From: a virus
IMG/VR virus record: IMGVR_UViG_3300030328_001039
Span: 31,712 to 95,711 of that record
DNA length: 64,000 bases
Strand: one strand, 5' to 3'
A model generated the notes under the pieces. It ran no database searches. It was given only the letters and a program-made list of their open reading frames with translations, and had not been told where the DNA came from. The translations under genes were made by a program, and so were the position numbers. This document shows positions 60,781 through 64,000 of the stretch, piece by piece; positions within the stretch are counted from its first letter, which is position 1; every line of letters starts with the position of its first letter.

Positions 60781-61629
60781 TTACTGAAGATTCTCGTAAT
60801 CTATACGAGGAGCAAACTGGTCACCGTATGCGCCTTGTGGTGCTGATGGTGCGCCATAGAACTCATAGCCTCTACTCGCAAATCGTCTATCCGCTTGCAG
60901 TTTAGGCTCACCTACCGCTGGCTGGCCTTGATGTAAGTATGCAGTTTTATTGTAAGGTGTTTGTCCTTTTATGTTTGAAAGACTTGGATTGCGGTCAGGC
61001 GGGGTATGAGTTTGTATTTGAGTGTTACCGGGATATGGGCCGGGTCGTGGTATACGAGTTACTTCAGCCCCCGGTGCTGCTTCTACACCCAATATACCTT
61101 CATGTGGGCGTCTTGTGTTTTCTTGAACATCCATTGTTTGAGGCCCACCAGTAGTTGTATCACCAGTTGGTTTCATTCTACCAAAAAACCCTGTTGGTTG
61201 CATTTCAGGAACTTGAGGGCGTTGAGCCATAGATGCGACTGATGGAGGCATATTGTATTCTGTTCCGTCTTGCATTCCAATTACATTCTTCTTGAGTGTA
61301 TTCCAAGCCTTCATCATTGGATGCTCAGGTGGTGCTCGACCACCAGCCATAGCACCCAAAGAGCCACCTTCGCCAATTGGCCCTCCATGTGCTAACATAG
61401 GTGAAGTGCGTGACTGAGCACTCATAATACGAGTTATATGTTCATACATGTCCTCAGCCGCTTGTCGCTTTGCTGGGTCAGGTGAGTTTTCATTGTCAAG
61501 AACAAACTGCCTCATCTGTTGTAGTTGTATCATTTCTTCGGCCTTACCTTTACGGAGCAGTGCGTCATATGTCATATCAAACATGTGTTCGTTTTTCAAT
61601 ATGTAAAAGGCTTCAGCGAATGCGCTCAT
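60781..61629 (-). CDS. Hypothetical protein with two degenerate tag motifs
   Basis: AFAEAFYILK at the N-terminus and PMMKAWNTLK internally. Confidence 0.7.
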   Translation of the reverse strand: MSAFAEAFYILKNEHMFDMTYDALLRKGKAEEMIQLQQMRQFVLDNENSPDPAKRQAAEDMYEHITRIMSAQSRTSPMLAHGGPIGEGGSLGAMAGGRAPPEHPMMKAWNTLKKNVIGMQDGTEYNMPPSVASMAQRPQVPEMQPTGFFGRMKPTGDTTTGGPQTMDVQENTRRPHEGILGVEAAPGAEVTRIPRPGPYPGNTQIQTHTPPDRNPSLSNIKGQTPYNKTAYLHQGQPAVGEPKLQADRRFASRGYEFYGAPSAPQGAYGDQFAPRIDYENLQ

Positions 61630-61671
61630 GTTTCATCCGATGATGTTGCTTGATAAAAGCCTAGTGGTCTT

Positions 61672-62790
61672 TCAAGTTCTGTTTAAGGAATCTAACATAA
61701 ATCTGTAACGCCTTGCGTGTTCATCATCACCAAACTCATACAAGCGTTTTTGCTCAGGGGGAGTATTCATCCATTGCAGAGCATTACCTGCTGCTCTATA
61801 ATTATCACGACCCTGACCAATTGCCATTTCTAATTGCTCTCTTTGAGTTGGGTTTGGTTCATATTCACCAAATGCAGAAGGGTTGTCAAGCAATTTTTGC
61901 TCGGCAGCATCCCAAGGCTTGAACTGCTCTTGGTCGTGATATAATTGAGTAAACGAGTCAAGTTGCATTGGGTCTACATCTTTGAAGTCTTGATACAGTT
62001 CCCTCGCTCTTCTTCTTCGTCTTAGGGCGTGCGTGTTACCGGGCTGTCTTGCATGTTCACCATAGTTTTCTGATGCAGGGCCTTTTTGACTCTGCCATAC
62101 CGGTTGAGCCGCTGAATGTAATGTTCGCCCAAAGTTTTCAATCTGCCTAAAGTTACCTACAAAGGGGTCAATTGCTACAAGTTTTCCGTCTTTGTAGCCT
62201 ACATTTTCATCATTTTGTATTATGTCGCCTAAATCTAACGCCAGTCCTAGTGGAGATTCAAGAACTGCCTCTCTATCAAGGGCTCTTAGGTCATTACCGA
62301 AAGCCCTTTTATGCTCTTTCCAATCTTCTAGTGATTCATGCATATTAAAAGGTTCAAGATAATCTCTGAAACTCATATCTACTTTCTCTTGCTCTGTTGG
62401 GAAAAAGCGAGGGTTATTTGTAGCAATAGGTCTTTCAGGGAGAATAGGATAACCAAGTGAAGCAAGTGCATTTATCATAGCCAATGAAGTTTTATCTTGT
62501 GCATAACCATAATTTTGAGGTATTTTTTCTACAGTCTTGTCACCAACTAACGCATATCGGTTCGCCCCATGACCTATTTTTCCCGACCTATCACCTCTCC
62601 AATCTCTTAGAATCTGTGGTAAATGTCGCTCTTCAACTTCGTCTCGCCCACCGTAGTCATCTTCTCCCCAATCATCCATTAGTATGGGTGTATACGCCCG
62701 GTCAAAATAAGTGCGTGGGTCATTTCTTGAAGGATGCAATTTAGGAGTGCGATTCTTTAGCACTTGGTAGGCTTTCTCAAAAGGTAACAC
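61672..62790 (-). CDS. Protein kinase-like fold protein with N-terminal degenerate tag (PFEKAYQVLK)
   Basis: IGHGANR (Gly loop), VEK (beta-3 Lys), D-IIQND-EN (catalytic loop) and VAIDP (DFG-equivalent). Confidence 0.55.
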   Translation of the reverse strand: MLPFEKAYQVLKNRTPKLHPSRNDPRTYFDRAYTPILMDDWGEDDYGGRDEVEERHLPQILRDWRGDRSGKIGHGANRYALVGDKTVEKIPQNYGYAQDKTSLAMINALASLGYPILPERPIATNNPRFFPTEQEKVDMSFRDYLEPFNMHESLEDWKEHKRAFGNDLRALDREAVLESPLGLALDLGDIIQNDENVGYKDGKLVAIDPFVGNFRQIENFGRTLHSAAQPVWQSQKGPASENYGEHARQPGNTHALRRRRRARELYQDFKDVDPMQLDSFTQLYHDQEQFKPWDAAEQKLLDNPSAFGEYEPNPTQREQLEMAIGQGRDNYRAAGNALQWMNTPPEQKRLYEFGDDEHARRYRFMLDSLNRT

Positions 62791-62796
62791 ATTAAA

Positions 62797-63735
62797 TCAG
62801 CCTCTTGGGTGAGAAAATCTATGACTGTGAGTACCATGTTTCATTCTTCCTTCTTTTACACCAAATGGGCTTCCCGGTGCAGCCCTGTTAGGGTTGTGAG
62901 AAATCTCTTCAGAGTTTTTGTTACCGAAGAATTGTCCACCGCTGTCATGCATTCTTCGGTTGAACTCCGGGCCTTGAGCGATGCTCATTCCAGCCTCACC
63001 GTATGCATCTTCAGGGAAACTACTAAATCGCTTTCTATCAGACTGTATTCTTGTATCAGCATCTCTACCCAAATCCAAGTTTAAGTTTGGTGACATACCG
63101 TAATGTTGGTGGTAGTCATCAGTTCTTCGCTGTAGCATACCAAGAATAGCAGGGTGAACAGTTCCCATTGAGCGAGCACCGTAGCGGTCAATCTCAGGTT
63201 TGTCATAATGGTCATCGTAACCATCTTCACCTGCGTTTTCACGAGGAGTGCGCTCTACGAACATTTGCTGCTCAGGTAGTGCTTTCAAAAACTCCCATGC
63301 CTTCTTCATAGGAATATGAAACTCGTCTGCTAGGTTTTGTATGTCACCTTCTTTGAGTCTACCCATTGGGTTACCACTAACAGTGACTGGTTTAATTGGC
63401 TGAGGTTGGTCTCCCATCTGTTCTTCTATGTAATCCATCATCTCAAGAGAAGGCTCAGGTGCTGGGCGTTCAGGCTCTATGGTAGGGTCAGGTAGACTGC
63501 TCATCCTTGGGCCACCCGGCCCACTGAATGGGAACTGTCCGGGGTTTAAGTTGCGTAGAGGTTGGCTTTCAGGCATAGGTAGTGGGTGTTCAACCTGACC
63601 ACCAAAGCGTGCCTTCATTCGCTGCATGTTATTGTAATGGCGCATTTGCTCCTCAGATAACCCCTCATCCATGTGGTGAGGCGAGGGCTGCAAAGCCTTC
63701 AAGAAGGAGAATGCGGTAGCAAAAGCGTCAGCCAT
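62797..63735 (-). CDS. Hypothetical protein with two degenerate tag motifs
   Basis: AFATAFSFLK at the N-terminus and PMKKAWEFLK internally. Confidence 0.7.
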   Translation of the reverse strand: MADAFATAFSFLKALQPSPHHMDEGLSEEQMRHYNNMQRMKARFGGQVEHPLPMPESQPLRNLNPGQFPFSGPGGPRMSSLPDPTIEPERPAPEPSLEMMDYIEEQMGDQPQPIKPVTVSGNPMGRLKEGDIQNLADEFHIPMKKAWEFLKALPEQQMFVERTPRENAGEDGYDDHYDKPEIDRYGARSMGTVHPAILGMLQRRTDDYHQHYGMSPNLNLDLGRDADTRIQSDRKRFSSFPEDAYGEAGMSIAQGPEFNRRMHDSGGQFFGNKNSEEISHNPNRAAPGSPFGVKEGRMKHGTHSHRFSHPRG

Positions 63736-63747
63736 GACTAGCCCGAT

Positions 63748-63967
63748 GCGTAACTAACCTATCAATAATCCGGTAATCAAAGGACTACGCAGGGGTCAAT
63801 TTTTTTTTGTAATTTTTTTTTGCTGGAGAGGTATGCGTGGTCATAAGAAGCGTAACTAGGGGGCGTAACTACATCCCTCCGGCTAAGGGGCGTAACTAGC
63901 CCTGCGTAACAAGGCACTGCAAGCCTGTTTCGGGTGGGCGCAGCCGCACGCTATTGGTTGGCGTAAC
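63748..63967. repeat. Cluster of six GCGTAAC direct repeats plus twin AAT9G tracts in non-coding DNA
   Basis: GCGTAAC at 63748, 63850, 63863, 63890, 63904 and 63961. AATTTTTTTTTG at 63798 and 63811. Confidence 0.85.
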
Positions 63968-64000
63968 AAGCCACTCATAGGCGAGCAGCACCACGCTGCG

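Noticed and set aside
303-63084. Numerous 60-146 aa plus-strand and nested minus-strand ORFs in the track
   Set aside because: They lie inside long, motif-bearing minus-strand genes and lack RBSs or recognisable features. Only 52022-52306 is retained on the plus strand.
63748-63967. GCGTAAC cluster as a mini-CRISPR or tRNA
   Set aside because: The repeat is only 7-9 bp with irregular short spacers, and no cloverleaf or T-loop consensus is visible.

Overview
This window is about 64 kb of a tailed dsDNA (HK97-fold, Caudoviricetes-type) virus genome, almost entirely coded on the minus strand as one long virion-morphogenesis region. In transcription order (right to left) it contains: a repeat-rich non-coding end; a block of modular 'cassette' proteins; a small Ras/Arf-like GTPase plus membrane-protein cluster; a candidate TerS and a TerL; HMG-CoA lyase; a LAGLIDADG protein; the portal; a 1826-aa protein ending in a degenerate DNA-ligase domain; protease-scaffold; major capsid protein; neck and tail genes; a tail-chaperone pair; a short tape measure; and a giant 6068-aa tail protein. 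GGTGA/GAGGTGA ribosome-binding sites and the gene content suggest an archaeal virus, most consistent with magroviruses of Marine Group II/Poseidoniales. This is an inference and no database search was run. The most striking signal is an 11-aa motif, EPM(D/E/N/G)(L/I/F)A(W/Y/F/M)xLLK. It occurs 10 times in near-consensus form and about 5 times in degenerate form across six ORFs, each time in front of an unrelated domain (HExxH zincin-like, ParB-like, kinase-like, Zn-finger). Its LLK end matches xLLK|A/S/G sites at the N-termini of the capsid, protease and ligase-like head proteins. I propose this is a capsid-targeting and maturation-protease tag that builds shuffled polyproteins of virion-packaged effectors. 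Other highlights are the viral Arf/Rab-like GTPase membrane module, the ligase lacking its catalytic lysine, and an HMG-CoA lyase inside the packaging operon. I saw no rRNA, tRNA or CRISPR array.
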